64,000 nt of DNA from assembly GCA_963799845.1 (NCBI GenBank), contig CAWCYI010000004.1:1632001-1696000 (forward strand), in the 5' to 3' direction. Every line of letters starts with the position of its first letter. The first letter of the stretch is position 1. The position numbers and the translations under genes are program-made. Source of the stretch: an uncultured Nitrososphaerota archaeon. GTDB taxonomy: Archaea; Thermoproteota; Nitrososphaeria; Nitrososphaerales; CADDZS01. Positions 23,135 to 33,897 of the stretch are shown piece by piece. The notes beneath the pieces were generated by a model. That model was given only the letters and a program-made list of their open reading frames with translations. It was not told the DNA's origin and searched no databases.

Positions 23135-24227
23135 TTAGCCCCGCATCCTCTTTCCATCGGGGTCGTAGTACCTGAGCGGTACTATCTTTGCCGTTCGATC
23201 GTCTATCGTGACCTCGCTTCCGTTTTTCGCGTACTCGCTCTTGAGCCATGCCCACGCGAGATTTTTTCCCACCGTCAAACCCCTGAACGCGTACACGGTC
23301 TCCCCTGCAATCTCGCCTCCTGCTCTAACTGGCCGTTTCTCGTGTAACAATGAATCTCCCTCCACTTCAAGCGCTACGAGCTTTTTCCGGCCCCTTTTCC
23401 TTGATTTCTAGGAGAGCTTCCCTTCCGATGAAATCTCGCTTGTCAAACGAAACCCATCGTTCCAGCCCGCACTCGAAGGGATTATTCTCGGAGGTCACTT
23501 CGTACCCGTAGAAGATGTAGCCCTTTTCGAACCGCAGCGAGTCCAGCGCGTCGAAGCCGTACGGGAGCGCTCCATACTTTTTTCCTGCCTCGAAGATAAC
23601 GTTCCAGGCATCGACGGTGTCTTCGGCACCGAAGTAGCACTCGTAACCCAGCTCGCCGGAAAATCCCACGCGCGCGATCAACGCGGAGACGCCGCCGAGC
23701 TTGCCGGTTGAAAAGTGGAAGAATTTTAGAGCGCTGACGTTTCCGTCGTACAGCTCCTGCAACAGCTCCCTCGATCTGGGGCCCTGCACGGAGATCATGC
23801 CGAGGCTTGGGCTGATGTCGGTCAGATAGATGTCCCGATCCTCGACGTGATCCTGGAGCCACTTCAGAGTCTTGTACCTCATGATAGAGGATGTAACGAT
23901 CCGAAAGTGATCTTCTGAAATCCTCCACACAGTCAGGTCGTCCATTATTCCGCCCCGCTCGTTGCACAGCGTCGTGTACATCAGCTGGCTGTCCGAGAGT
24001 TTGCTCGCGTCGTTTGCCGCGAGTCTCTGGAGGTATTCCAGCGCGTCCCTTCCATTGACGTCGATCCTTCCCATCAGCGAGGTGTCCATCATCCCCACTC
24101 TTTCCCTCACGGCCCGATGCTCTTCCTCGACGCTCCTGTAATGAGCCGGCATTCGATAACCTGCCGAAGTCGTCAACATCTCAGCGCCGAGAGTGACGTG
24201 GACGCCGTAGAGAGGAGTGAATTTCAT
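23135..24227 (-). CDS. GcvT-family aminomethyltransferase/folate-binding protein (frameshift near 23380)
   Basis: KFTPLY, EEHRAVRE, RVGFSGELGYE, DSLRFEKGY, YYDPDGKRMRG. Confidence 0.9.
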
Positions 24228-24229
24228 GC

Positions 24230-24496
24230 ATGGAGATTTTTGTCGGGAACTATGTAAGAGTTCATCCGGTACCAGAAGGAGTTGTGTTCCTAACTTTTGG
24301 TATTCCTTACATGCTGCTTTCGCCGCTCATGCAGGGAATAACCCCGGCCGCTTCGTTCGTTCTCGCGAGAGCAGAATTTCTTGACGGATTTCAGATCGCT
24401 CTAATCATACTTGCGATAATCAATTCGGCTGCTATTATTCCATCTTTGGTGAGAGGGAAGACGGCAAGTGTTGAGATGAAAGCTGAATCTGTATAA
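24230..24496 (+). pseudogene. Probable C-terminal fragment of an MFS-type transporter
   Basis: FLDGFQIALIILAIINSAAIIPSLVRG resembles the last TM helix of DHA2 MFS proteins; no N-terminal part is present. Confidence 0.4.
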
Positions 24497-24564
24497 TAAT
24501 TCGTTGGCCTCGTTTCAAAGCATATAAAACGGCTTCAGGGAAGCCCGTCCTGAGACCACCTGTA

Positions 24565-25842
24565 TTGGCGTCCGATTTTCTGGCAAACAACCTGTTCGTT
24601 CTGATAGCTGCACTCCTTGTCTTCACGATGACCGGATCAGTCGGTCTGCTAGAGGTCGGCGAGCTCGGCGAGGAGTTTTCTCACGTCAGCCTGCTGAAGG
24701 TCATGCTCATAACTGGAATCGGATTTTTCGTTATGGCAATCGTCGGATTCAACACGGCCTTTGCGCCGACGGTCGGCGGGATAATTGGGGCGCCGCTCTA
24801 CGGGCCGGGGTTTTTGCTCGGGGGCGCGTCGAATGCCACGGCCGTGTTTTGGTCGATGACATCGCAGTACTTTGGAACCGGACTTTCGCTCGGGACGTAC
24901 TTTTTCTTCGAGACGGCGTTCGCAACGGTGACGCTGGCCCTTGTTGGAGTGGTGGTGTTGAAGAAGGTGAAGCTTGAAGCGTTCGCGATATTTGCGGTTG
25001 TTTATTTTCTCATCATCTGGAACCTGCCGGCTGCGTGGATTTGGAACCCCACGGGATGGCTTTACCAGCTTGGGATGAGGGATTTCGCCGGAGGACTCGT
25101 CGTGCACGGAGCGGCGGGTGCGGCTGGGCTCGGGATACTCGTGCAGCTGTGGATGGAAGAAAAGAAGGCCGGGTTGAAGCAGAGCGCGGTCGTTCCGATC
25201 AATGTCAGTCCCAACTGGCTCACGCTGTCAATCGTTCTGCTCTGGATGGGGTGGTTCGGGTTCAATCCGGGAAGCGTACTCGCGTTCGACTCTTCGACGA
25301 TCACGGTTGTCCTCACTACTTTTCTCTGCGCGGCTTCGAGCTTCTTGTCGCTGATGCTCGTTACCTACTGGAAGACGCGCGAAAATCCGGGATTGATCAA
25401 TATGTCAAACGGCGTCTTGATGGGTTTGATCGTGATAACTCCGATTGCTGGGTTTGTCAGCCCGGCGAGCGCGATCCTGCTTGGAATTATTTCGGCGCCC
25501 ATCTATTACGGAGCGGAAGTGTGGTTTGCGAAGAGAAAGTGGTTTTCCGATCCGGTTGGGCTGATGCCTGGACATCTCACCGGTGGGCTGTTTGGAGTTT
25601 TGACGATTGGATTTTTCTCGCAGAACGTGTTTTCATCGGCTTCGGGAAACCCGACGATCCCGGACGGGATATTGTTTGGAGGCGGGACGGCAGCTCTTGA
25701 CCAGCTTGGGATCGAAGCTTTTGGCATTATAGTCGTGGTCGCATTTGTCTTCGTTGTGTCGCTGGTGACGATGAAGATCGTGAGCACAGCTCTCAGAGGA
25801 ATACTCGTCGCGCCGAAGGTCTCGAAGAAAGTTGAAGGATGA
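24565..25842 (+). CDS. amt: Ammonium transporter (Amt family)
   Basis: DFAGGLVVHGAAG, LWMGWFGFNPGS, VITPIAGFV, PGHLTGG. Confidence 0.95.
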   Translation: MASDFLANNLFVLIAALLVFTMTGSVGLLEVGELGEEFSHVSLLKVMLITGIGFFVMAIVGFNTAFAPTVGGIIGAPLYGPGFLLGGASNATAVFWSMTSQYFGTGLSLGTYFFFETAFATVTLALVGVVVLKKVKLEAFAIFAVVYFLIIWNLPAAWIWNPTGWLYQLGMRDFAGGLVVHGAAGAAGLGILVQLWMEEKKAGLKQSAVVPINVSPNWLTLSIVLLWMGWFGFNPGSVLAFDSSTITVVLTTFLCAASSFLSLMLVTYWKTRENPGLINMSNGVLMGLIVITPIAGFVSPASAILLGIISAPIYYGAEVWFAKRKWFSDPVGLMPGHLTGGLFGVLTIGFFSQNVFSSASGNPTIPDGILFGGGTAALDQLGIEAFGIIVVVAFVFVVSLVTMKIVSTALRGILVAPKVSKKVEG

Positions 25843-25876
25843 GCTAAAATATTGAACGTGTGCGAGATATCTGCAT

Positions 25877-26323
25877 ATGGAATTTTGTTCAAGCTGCGGG
25901 CGAGTGGTTCAGCCTGATCTCCCTTACTGCCCGTACTGCGGCGCGAGTTTGAGAAACTCGAGCTACTCCTCCCGCCAGCCGTACCAGACTGTGGGGACCT
26001 ATTACAAACGACAGGGGAAGAAGCCTTGGGTCGCGGCGGGGCTGGCCCTTGTACTGGGACTTTTTGGGCTGTGGGGAATAGGGCATCTCTACGCGGGAAA
26101 GTTTGCGCGGGGTATCGGGCTCCTTTTTACTGGACTCGTTATCGGGGGACTATTCTGGTTCAGCGTTATACTCACGGTCATCCTCGTCGGATACGTGGGG
26201 ATCGTGCTATTCGGGCTGTTCTTTGTGGGCGGATGGCTCTGGCAGGCGTTTGATGCGTACAATGCCGCGCACGAGTATAACGAACTACATGCGACGGTGT
26301 TCCAGAGAAATAATTTCTTTTGA
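25877..26323 (+). CDS. Zinc-ribbon plus TM2-like membrane protein
   Basis: FCSSCG..YCPYCG; KKPWVAAGLALVLGLFGLWGIGHLYAGK. Confidence 0.8.
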   Translation: MEFCSSCGRVVQPDLPYCPYCGASLRNSSYSSRQPYQTVGTYYKRQGKKPWVAAGLALVLGLFGLWGIGHLYAGKFARGIGLLFTGLVIGGLFWFSVILTVILVGYVGIVLFGLFFVGGWLWQAFDAYNAAHEYNELHATVFQRNNFF

Positions 26324-26362
26324 GTTACAAACTACAGCTTGTTTTGAGCTCTGATTGAGTGA

Positions 26363-26376
26363 CCGATAGCTGAAAC
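26363..26376 (+). repeat. Left target-site duplication CCGATAGCTGAAAC (14 bp)
   Basis: Identical direct copy at 35448-35461; each copy abuts a TIR. Confidence 0.95.
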
Positions 26377-26583
26377 AAAAAAGGTGCCCCCTCCACACCG
26401 ACGGCGACACACGCCGTCGAACGCACCCTAAATTGCTCCCTAACCTGACCTAATACGCCACTAAGGAGTTCAACCCTTACCTTTTTCCTTTTTGCACGCC
26501 AGTGCAAAGTGACGGCACCTACGGTGCCAAGTGACATTCATACGCCTAAAATACCGACACTACCGGCACTTTTTGTTGAAGTG
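26377..26583 (+). repeat. Left terminal inverted repeat (207 bp)
   Basis: AAAAAAGGTGCCCCCTCCACACCG...TTTTGTTGAAGTG is the exact reverse complement of 35241-35447, compared base by base. Confidence 0.97.
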
Positions 26584-26727
26584 CTTACGGCAATTGGCGA
26601 CACACGCCAACTGTTAGGGGTTGCCTTCGGCAATCTAGAGTTTGCGAGACGTGTGAGTGTCTTAGACCAGCAATATTGTTGCGCCACATGCTCGGTCATT
26701 GGATTCTCGTAACGCGCTCCAAGGACA

Positions 26728-26928
26728 TCACCTTTGCCCAGAAAGGCTCGCAGACTCTTCTACCTGTATCAAAATTATTTTCTTGATTCGTTCCTTTGCA
26801 AGCATGTCCTCAAATTGGGAAATTATCTTACGTCCATAACCGTGTCTCCTATAAGGCTCGAATACTTCCAATGAGCGCAATTGTATTATCTGCTCATTGA
26901 GTTTGCCAAAGACGCCATTGCCTTGCAC
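26728..26928 (-). pseudogene. Degraded GNAT acetyltransferase fragment
   Basis: LRSLEVFEPYRRHGYGRKII is GNAT motif A; the upstream frames contain several stops. Confidence 0.7.
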
Positions 26929-27298
26929 CAGCTTGGTTTAATTTTTAGCGACAAGTTCGAGCAGCATTATCTTACTTTCTGCCTTAATTCCATCCTTCTA
27001 TCGATCTCGCAAACCCTGTCATATTGGATAGGATATCTTTGATGGGAATAATTTGGCCTTTCATCGAAAACTATTTTCTTAGATTTTAGTCAAATCCAAC
27101 AAATGACCCTCTAGAACACCGATTTCGGAGTCTCAGAAATTAGATAGACTTGAAAAAATGACTAATCTGTCTTAAATGATCAAAAAATACATTAGGAACA
27201 TATAGGTGCTTTACTCCTGTTCTGAAAGTAGTGCTGCATGATGAGGTATCAGTTGGCAACAGACTCGAAATTAATCGTCCGTTGCCGTCAATGAACTA

Positions 27299-28423
27299 AC
27301 CTGGCCGACATAAATTATTAGACTGAAAGGGCCACAGACCTAGACATTCTCATTTTTGGCCAACTTCCCTTCCTATCTCAGGTTGTATGTCTCGATTACA
27401 GGCACCGAAGGAGATTGTTGAAGAGGCTTATAGAGAGGAGAGGGACGCAAACGTAAGCAAGAGGATATTCCTCGTTCTGAAGGTCAAGTACGAGGGTGTC
27501 CCGGCGTCGCACGTAGCAAGGGAAGTTCACCGGCACAAATCATGGACGACACCGTGGCTTAGACGTTTCGAGAAAGATGGGCTAGAAGGACTCAAGACGA
27601 TGGAAAGGAGCGGGAGACCTCCGAAGCTCGATCACAACAAGTTCATTGCGGTGAAGAGGAAGGTCGTGAAGAACGAATGCGGCTGGACCGTGAAGGAGGT
27701 CAGGGAGATGATCCGCAAGGAAGCAGACGTGGCATACACTGAGAGACACATCTACAGGTTGATGCAGAAGTGGGGAGTGAGAGCAATTGTCCCTGACAAG
27801 AGGTTACTTCACAAGGCTTCCCTCGAAGAGAGGCTCGAATTTAAAAAAGGACCGCAAGACTCCTCAGGAATATCCCGGAAGGCTTCACCGTAGCATCCGA
27901 AGACGAATCAATCTTCGTCCAGAACATAGAAACCAAAAGGGTGTGGGCGGTCAAAGGGATTCGACCGATTCGGATTGTGTCAGGCTCGCACGGCAACACC
28001 GTGGTGTTTGGAGCGATCAGCCTGGACGGGACACAAATCTTCAGGCAGTACGAGAAATTCAATGGCGAGACATTCCTCGACTACCTGAAGAAGGTGCACA
28101 GGAAGTTTGGATCACTCTATCTCTTCCTTGACAAAGCAAGGCAACACCACAAAACCAGGATCGTAACTGATTATTTGGGTAAGAACAGGAAGACTCTCAG
28201 AGTCAGATGGATCCCGACAGCTTCGCCAGAGTTCAACATGATGGAGGAGTGTTGGCGCGAGGGTGAGAAGGATTCTCTCAAGGCTTCCAACCTTTCCGAC
28301 GTCATTGAAAGAACTGAAATCAATCCTGGCAGAATACTATCGAACGCGAAGGTTTTGCTCGCATCTTGACATGAAGAAATTCCTTCTGACCAACAGGTGT
28401 CTATGAACTTATGTCGGCCAGGT
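27299..28423 (+). mobile_element. IS630-family insertion sequence
   Basis: 25-bp imperfect IRs ACCTGGCCGACATAAATTATTAGAC / GTCTATGAACTTATGTCGGCCAGGT; TA duplication at 27297-27298 and 28424-28425. Confidence 0.95.
27387..28406 (+). CDS. IS630 transposase (HTH orfA plus DDE orfB joined by a -1 frameshift)
   Basis: WLRRFEKDGLEGL...RSGRPPKL; slippery TTTAAAAAAG at about 27840; catalytic EDES, FLDKA, PEFNMMEECW; a further indel near 28270. Confidence 0.92.
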
Positions 28424-28654
28424 TAAACAGAAACCTTGTGCACCGCCAACCAATTAATGGCGGACATTGTAATTGAACCAAAACCTCTCGGACAGATTAT
28501 CGTGTCATAGGTCATCTTTCCTATCGGAAAGATTCCGGCGGTTTCTCTTTTTGAAGAAAAGTTGTGCGTGGTTTCTACCACTAGGTTTGTGTCTTGAACC
28601 TTGATGAATGCACTCTCGTCTAAAATTAGCGGATTCATTCTACGTTATGTAGGC

Positions 28655-28678
28655 GGGGAGAATATATCTCCTTTCGGC
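28655..28678 (-). promoter_or_regulatory. Putative archaeal BRE/TATA promoter of the cas1 remnant
   Basis: Minus strand GAAAGGAGATATATT lies about 25 nt upstream of the ATG at 28638. Confidence 0.4.
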
Positions 28679-28844
28679 CTCTCTTTTTCTGCCGTGTCCG
28701 AGGGGGGTGGGTGGTGCCTAGGTGAGTTAGTTAGTGCCTAACAGCAGCTATGGCAATAGCAGAACCTGCTAAACACTAAGACAACCGCCCTAAGTGTGAC
28801 GCGTCCTCGGTCGCCAAAGCGAACCTGAAGGCATGATGTTTTTG

Positions 28845-31800
28845 CTACTCTTGATTCCATGGCATTACCATCTTGAAGACTTCGACTTCGGTACTTACGT
28901 TCCTCAGTGACTTCAATCCCAAACTTTGAAGCGGCAAGTCGAACTTGTTTTGTAGATGATCGTAAACCTGACGAGTAAGGCAGACTCCACCATGTTCGGC
29001 AAGTGACTCGATCCTTGATGCCACGTTGACGGCATCTCCTGATATGTCTCCATCTTCAGATTCTACGACATCCCCAACGTGAACCCCTACTCTTAATTGG
29101 ATTCTTTGATCTTCAGACAATGAGATGTTGAATTCTCTCGTTGCTCTCTGAATGTCGTAAGCACATCTGGTTGCCTCTAGAGCGCTTGGAAACTCTACGA
29201 GGAAACCATCTCCAATTGTTTTGATTTCCCTGCCATTGTGTCTTTTGAAAATTGGTCTTAGTAATTTCCTTTGTTCACTCACCAGAGCGAGCGAGAGTGT
29301 TTCGTTTTGCTGCCCTAAGGCAGTGAAACCTACCATATCTGTGAACATAATCGCCGCCAATTTTCGTTCGATACTTTTCACTTCGACGTTTTGAGGTTCA
29401 AATTCGTAAGATCTGTACTTTCCTAGTTCGTCAACAAAGAGTATTCTAGGTTTGAGTTCAAAGTTCCCTTTGTTTTTTGCAACGAAGTTAAGAAAGATTT
29501 CGTGAGCCTTGAGGTAATCCAGTCTCTTCCCCTTGAGATCAACTGCGATAGAGTTTCCGCCTTCGAGAAAATAATGTTCATTATTTTCGCCTTCCGCCTC
29601 AAAAGCGTTAGAAGGAGCAATGTTATCTAGTTTCATAAGTAATGCAGGAGTCTTGCCAACATTTGCAATGTCAATGCCTAGTTTAATGGAAGAACCAACA
29701 TTGGTAGATTTTGTGGAAAGAGAAATGTTCCCCGTAAGATTCGCAACTTCGAACCTTTCGAGTCCAACTGCTTGGTCGCGAGTGAAATTGACGGGACTAG
29801 CAGAAACTGTTGGACTCTGAGAAAGTGCCTCCATTGGAGTGATTAAGAGTTCTCTGTTTTCTCTCGCAGTTTTGAGATGCTTCAAAACTTCTGTCCTCTT
29901 CTTCTCATAACCAATGTCTCCGTATCTTCTGGCTGACAACTCAAGGTGCTTTTCGGCTAGATGATACATCTGTGTTTTCTTCTGAGGATCAATTTCTCGC
30001 TCTGCTCCCGCAAGATATGCTAAAGCATCGAAGAGTGCCTCAGTTGCTCTTGTCCAATCCGACGCTATTTCAAAGCCTGCTTCTTCGTAGTATCTTGATG
30101 CTACACCTAGTTTGGTTTTGATCTCAGAATACAGACTAACATCGCTTGATTTCTTGAACCTTGTGCCTGCCTCAAAAGCTTCGCAGATAGAGGAATTAGC
30201 AAGGCACGACAGGACAAAACTTTGCTTCATGATATTCTCCTTCGCTTTCAGAAAAATCTCTGAGGCTTTATGATAGATTTCTGACGAAGACTTGACCTCC
30301 GCTTCCTTCATTGCTGCCCAAGCATCGCAAGAGAGTGCTAGAGCATCAAGTTCCATCCTGTCTTCTTCGCTTGCATCTTTTTCTAGTTGCCTCAGAGTTT
30401 CAGATGCTGAGCGATATCTCGTCATACTTTGTTTTACCTCGCCATTTTTGTCGAGAACTCTTGCTTCGTCAAGTTCTTTTCTTGCTAGGCAGTATTTGCC
30501 TCTAGATTCAGAGAGCTTCGCCCATTCCTTTAGTTCACTTTCTTGTGGAGGAGAGAGCTTTGCAAGACTCAATGCTTCTTGCTTGGCTTGCTCGAACAAC
30601 CCGTAAGCTTCTCCGAACGAAGATGATGCCTCAGTGTTGCTTTCCTTTCTGCTGAATCCTTCTGCTCCTTCCATCTTTGAAAATGCAAGGTAATGCTTGG
30701 TTAATTGTCTGAAGGTCTCAGTTTTATCTAAAATGCCCGCTGCTTCTATGAGTCTCTCGGAAGCAGATTCGTATTTTTCATCGCTATGAAGAATCCTTGC
30801 CTCTTCTATTTTTGACCACGCTTGCATGTACAGAGAAAGGTCAGCGAATGATTTCTTTAGGCTCTTTTGATTTGCCGACGCTTTCAGGTACTCCTCCGAT
30901 GCCTTGACGAATGCATTGGATGACTTGGAATACTCTTGGATAGAGTCGTAGAGCTTCGCGGTGTTCCAGGCGATTGGAGCTGAGGTACGCTAGTAGATTA
31001 GCCTGGGAGTAATAGTTTGACGCTTCATCATACGCCTTGATTGCCTCAATGCAGTCGTCCCTTCGCTGGGAGAGATTGTAGAGCTTTGTCAAAGTGTTGC
31101 CTAGAGATTCGCATGCTCTTCCTACATTCTGAAGATACACCGTTGATATTGGCAAACTGTTCAATGCTTTTGCCTTGATATCCTTGGATTTTTTCAAATC
31201 CGACACGCTCTGCTTCAGAAGAGTTTCTTTTTCCTGCTGGCTCGTCTTTTCCTCTGCAAGTTTAGCCTCGACAAGAGCATGCATTGAGTAGAGCACGCCC
31301 GTATTCCAAGAATCTGACCCAGCCAAGGTTTCAAATCTTTCCAGCTGTCTCGAAGTCAAGTCAGCCGCCTCCGAAAGCAGTCTTTCTCTCTCGCCTTTTG
31401 AGCTCATCAACTCTGCTTTCAGAAGCAGGGCTTGTCCAAGATACGGTCCCACGAAACCTAAGGAGTAAAGGGATTGGAATTCTAAGCCCGTTCTTCCGAA
31501 CTCTATCGCCTTGTCAAGATATTGCATTTTTTCAGAAATGGTGGTCGAATCTATCGACAACAAATTTAGTACCCGCGAGCAAAATGAGTAAGATTCTTCG
31601 AGGTCGCCTGTGCGCAGTACTTTGAGACGCTCTATCGCCCTCAAGAGAGCTTCAGTCGATTTTTCAAGCATCACTTTCCTTTCCTCGGCAACGTCCAAAG
31701 AATGAGAAGCCCAGTGGAGACTGTAGCCCAAGTAGTGGTACTGTTTGCCGAGGAGGTTGGTGTCCCTTATCTTCTCTGATTCTGCAAGAGCTTTTCCAAG

Positions 31801-32582
31801 AAAGCAGCTCCTCCAATCCAGTCGCCTCTGAAGTCGATAGCCATGCGTCCGGCTGTTTCATAACCGAGCGATTTGAGCAAAGATTCATTGGTCTTGTCTG
31901 CTAGCTCGCTTATGGCACCAGTCACGAAAGGAACGAGTTCTTCTTCGATTTGTTTTCGCTCGCTTGAATCAATGAAAATTTCCGGAGCCCATCCAAGGAA
32001 ATTAACATACGAATGTATGATCGGAATCACAGTATCTGGACTGTTTGAACCTTTGAAACAAAGGAACGCATTTTTCCCAACAGCCTTTGCTTCTTTCACG
32101 AGCTCCTCCAGCCGTTGTCTCTCCGAAGACAGATAACAACCTGCAAGCAGATACTCCATCAATTCGACGTATGCCTGTGATAGGATTCGTTCGTCTTTTT
32201 CGGAAGTTTGTACAGCTACGAGGTCTCTTGCGCTAGGTAGGCATTCGTTGATGATTATCCGGAGTCTTTCATCGCAAGCGTCTTCCGCGAAGTACTTGCT
32301 ATAAGACGCTCGTGCCTTGCATCTGTTATGTTCGGATACTCTCTCGTAAGCATCCTTTGCCCTGAGAATTACTCGCTTGAATTCGTCTCTTGTTTTCTGC
32401 TGGAATGCTAGCTTGTAGTAACTGTCACCAAGAAGTTCAAAGACTCTTTTTTCAGCATCTCCATTTGTCTTAAGGAAATTCTCTATAACTTGAGTAGCAG
32501 AGTTCCAGTCATAGATTTGAGCAAACTTGCTAACCTCTGCCTTCAGGTTATCAAATGATGAAGATAGCGAAGTGCTAGACAA
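28845..32582 (-). CDS. Large TPR-like helical-repeat protein with Ig-like domain and C-terminal class III adenylate cyclase (split into 3 ORFs)
   Basis: Contiguous ORFs 31767-32582, 30841-31731 and 28845-30827. Cyclase motifs ERKLAAIMFTDMVGFT, IKTIGDGFLVEF, LRVGVHVGDVV, DISGDAVNVASRIE; IDIANVGKTPA marks an Ig-like segment. Confidence 0.85.
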
Positions 32583-32886
32583 AAGAGCAGTTCGAAGATT
32601 TCGGGTAAGGGATATTTAAAAGAAAATAGCGATAGCATCTTCAGACAAGGAGCACATGCTCAATTACGCCCCTACGTACTTGGGTCTAAGAATGTGATTT
32701 TTGGAATGATAAGAACATCGACGAGTTTTCGGCTCAATAGATTGACAAACTTTAGAGCCATACCCAACCCGACAATCCTTAAGTCACAGTTTGATGAATC
32801 TCGTCCTAAACGGTTGATCTTCCGCCGAACTACAGACACGCAATAGATAGTCCATGGGCGGCAGTTTATTGTTTTTTGAAGTTCGT

Positions 32887-33330
32887 TTATTTCGATATCT
32901 TCAAAGCGAGGGGAAAGGAAATCTCTTCCTCTTCTTTGTGGTGTTTCTTCAATTCAATCGCAAAGTCCTCGATTTCCCGTTTTGCCGTATTTGGTGGCAG
33001 TTCTGAAAGATGAGGTAGTTTCTCATTCAAGAATTCCTCAATCCTTCTGTGGTGTCGCATCACTTCGGCATTTCTTTCTAGTTCTGGTTTAGCGTTGTCT
33101 GCAATTACTTGAATTATTCTCGCTTCTTCCTCGATTGCATGTCTGAGAATTTGTTGAGATAATGAATTTAGAATGCTCTCTGCCACTTTCAAATCTCCCG
33201 CTTCAGCAAGTTCCACTGCACGGTCTAGTTTCGGGGCTAACTCGCGATGTTCCCTTTCCAATCTTTCCACTAACTTTGGAATAGGTTCGCTATGGTCTAT
33301 TCTGTAACTCATGCATTCTAATCCCCGCAA
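32887..33330 (-). CDS. Hemerythrin (HHE) domain protein
   Basis: REHRELA, RHAIEEEARI, RHHRRIE, KHHKEEEEISFP. Confidence 0.88.
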   Translation of the reverse strand: MRGLECMSYRIDHSEPIPKLVERLEREHRELAPKLDRAVELAEAGDLKVAESILNSLSQQILRHAIEEEARIIQVIADNAKPELERNAEVMRHHRRIEEFLNEKLPHLSELPPNTAKREIEDFAIELKKHHKEEEEISFPLALKISK

Positions 33331-33490
33331 TGAGACTAAAACGCGTATCGCTTTTAGTTTTGGGCGAAGAATTTTTCTCCGTTTCTTTCGTGCCTGCGTT
33401 TACTTCCCTTGGCGAAGGTAACAAGGAATAATTATTTGATATTGCCAAACTGCTTTTGGAATACGTAGATTCGTAATCATAATTGGCATA

Positions 33491-33897
33491 GTGGTCTTAG
33501 CGCTTATTGTAATCACTGTCTTTGGGATTAATTCGAATATTGGGTTGCATCCTACCACTCAACCCGTAACTACGAATACTTCAACCACTTGCACAGAACA
33601 ATTTGAAAATGCTTGCAACGGAAACTGGACTGCCTACTTTTTGATATCAGTAAACTACGCTGGCGCATGGAGCGCTTCTTACAATGCTACTAAACTACAC
33701 GGGGATAGGTGACAATTCTACCCAAATAGTTGTGGATGCATACGGTGTTGTAGTGATTACGTTTTGCGCTACGGTGCAGAAAATGGATTCATCAAACTCT
33801 ACGCTTTCTCTTATCGTTAAATTTCGCTGGAACAGGAGACCCAAGCACTTCGCTTCCTTTTGGTTCAGTGCAACAGTGTGTTTCCGTAGGAATCTGA
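33491..33897 (+). CDS. Membrane-anchored/secreted Thr-Asn-rich protein (frameshifted)
   Basis: Hydrophobic N-terminus, several N-x-S/T sequons, SVNYAGAWSASY then CATVQKMDSSNSTLSL in the next frame. Confidence 0.55.

Larger units (their letters stand above)
27140..28638 (-). pseudogene. cas1: Casposase-like Cas1 remnant, truncated and interrupted by IS630
   Basis: Removing the IS and one TA gives MNPLILDESAFIKVQDTNLVV...YDTIICPRGFGSITMSAINWLAVHKVSV*FIDGNGRLISSLLP, resembling the Cas1 N-terminal beta domain. Similarity ends near 27254; the catalytic helical domain is missing. Confidence 0.8.

Noticed and set aside
27115-27175. KLDRLEKMTNLS fragment resembling the end of the coiled-coil ORF 34090-34347
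   Set aside because: Too short and low in complexity to claim paralogy.
27296-27298. In-frame TAG in reconstructed cas1 as pyrrolysine or stop-codon recoding
   Set aside because: TAG terminates ordinary genes in this window (for example pntB and ridA) and the gene is truncated anyway.
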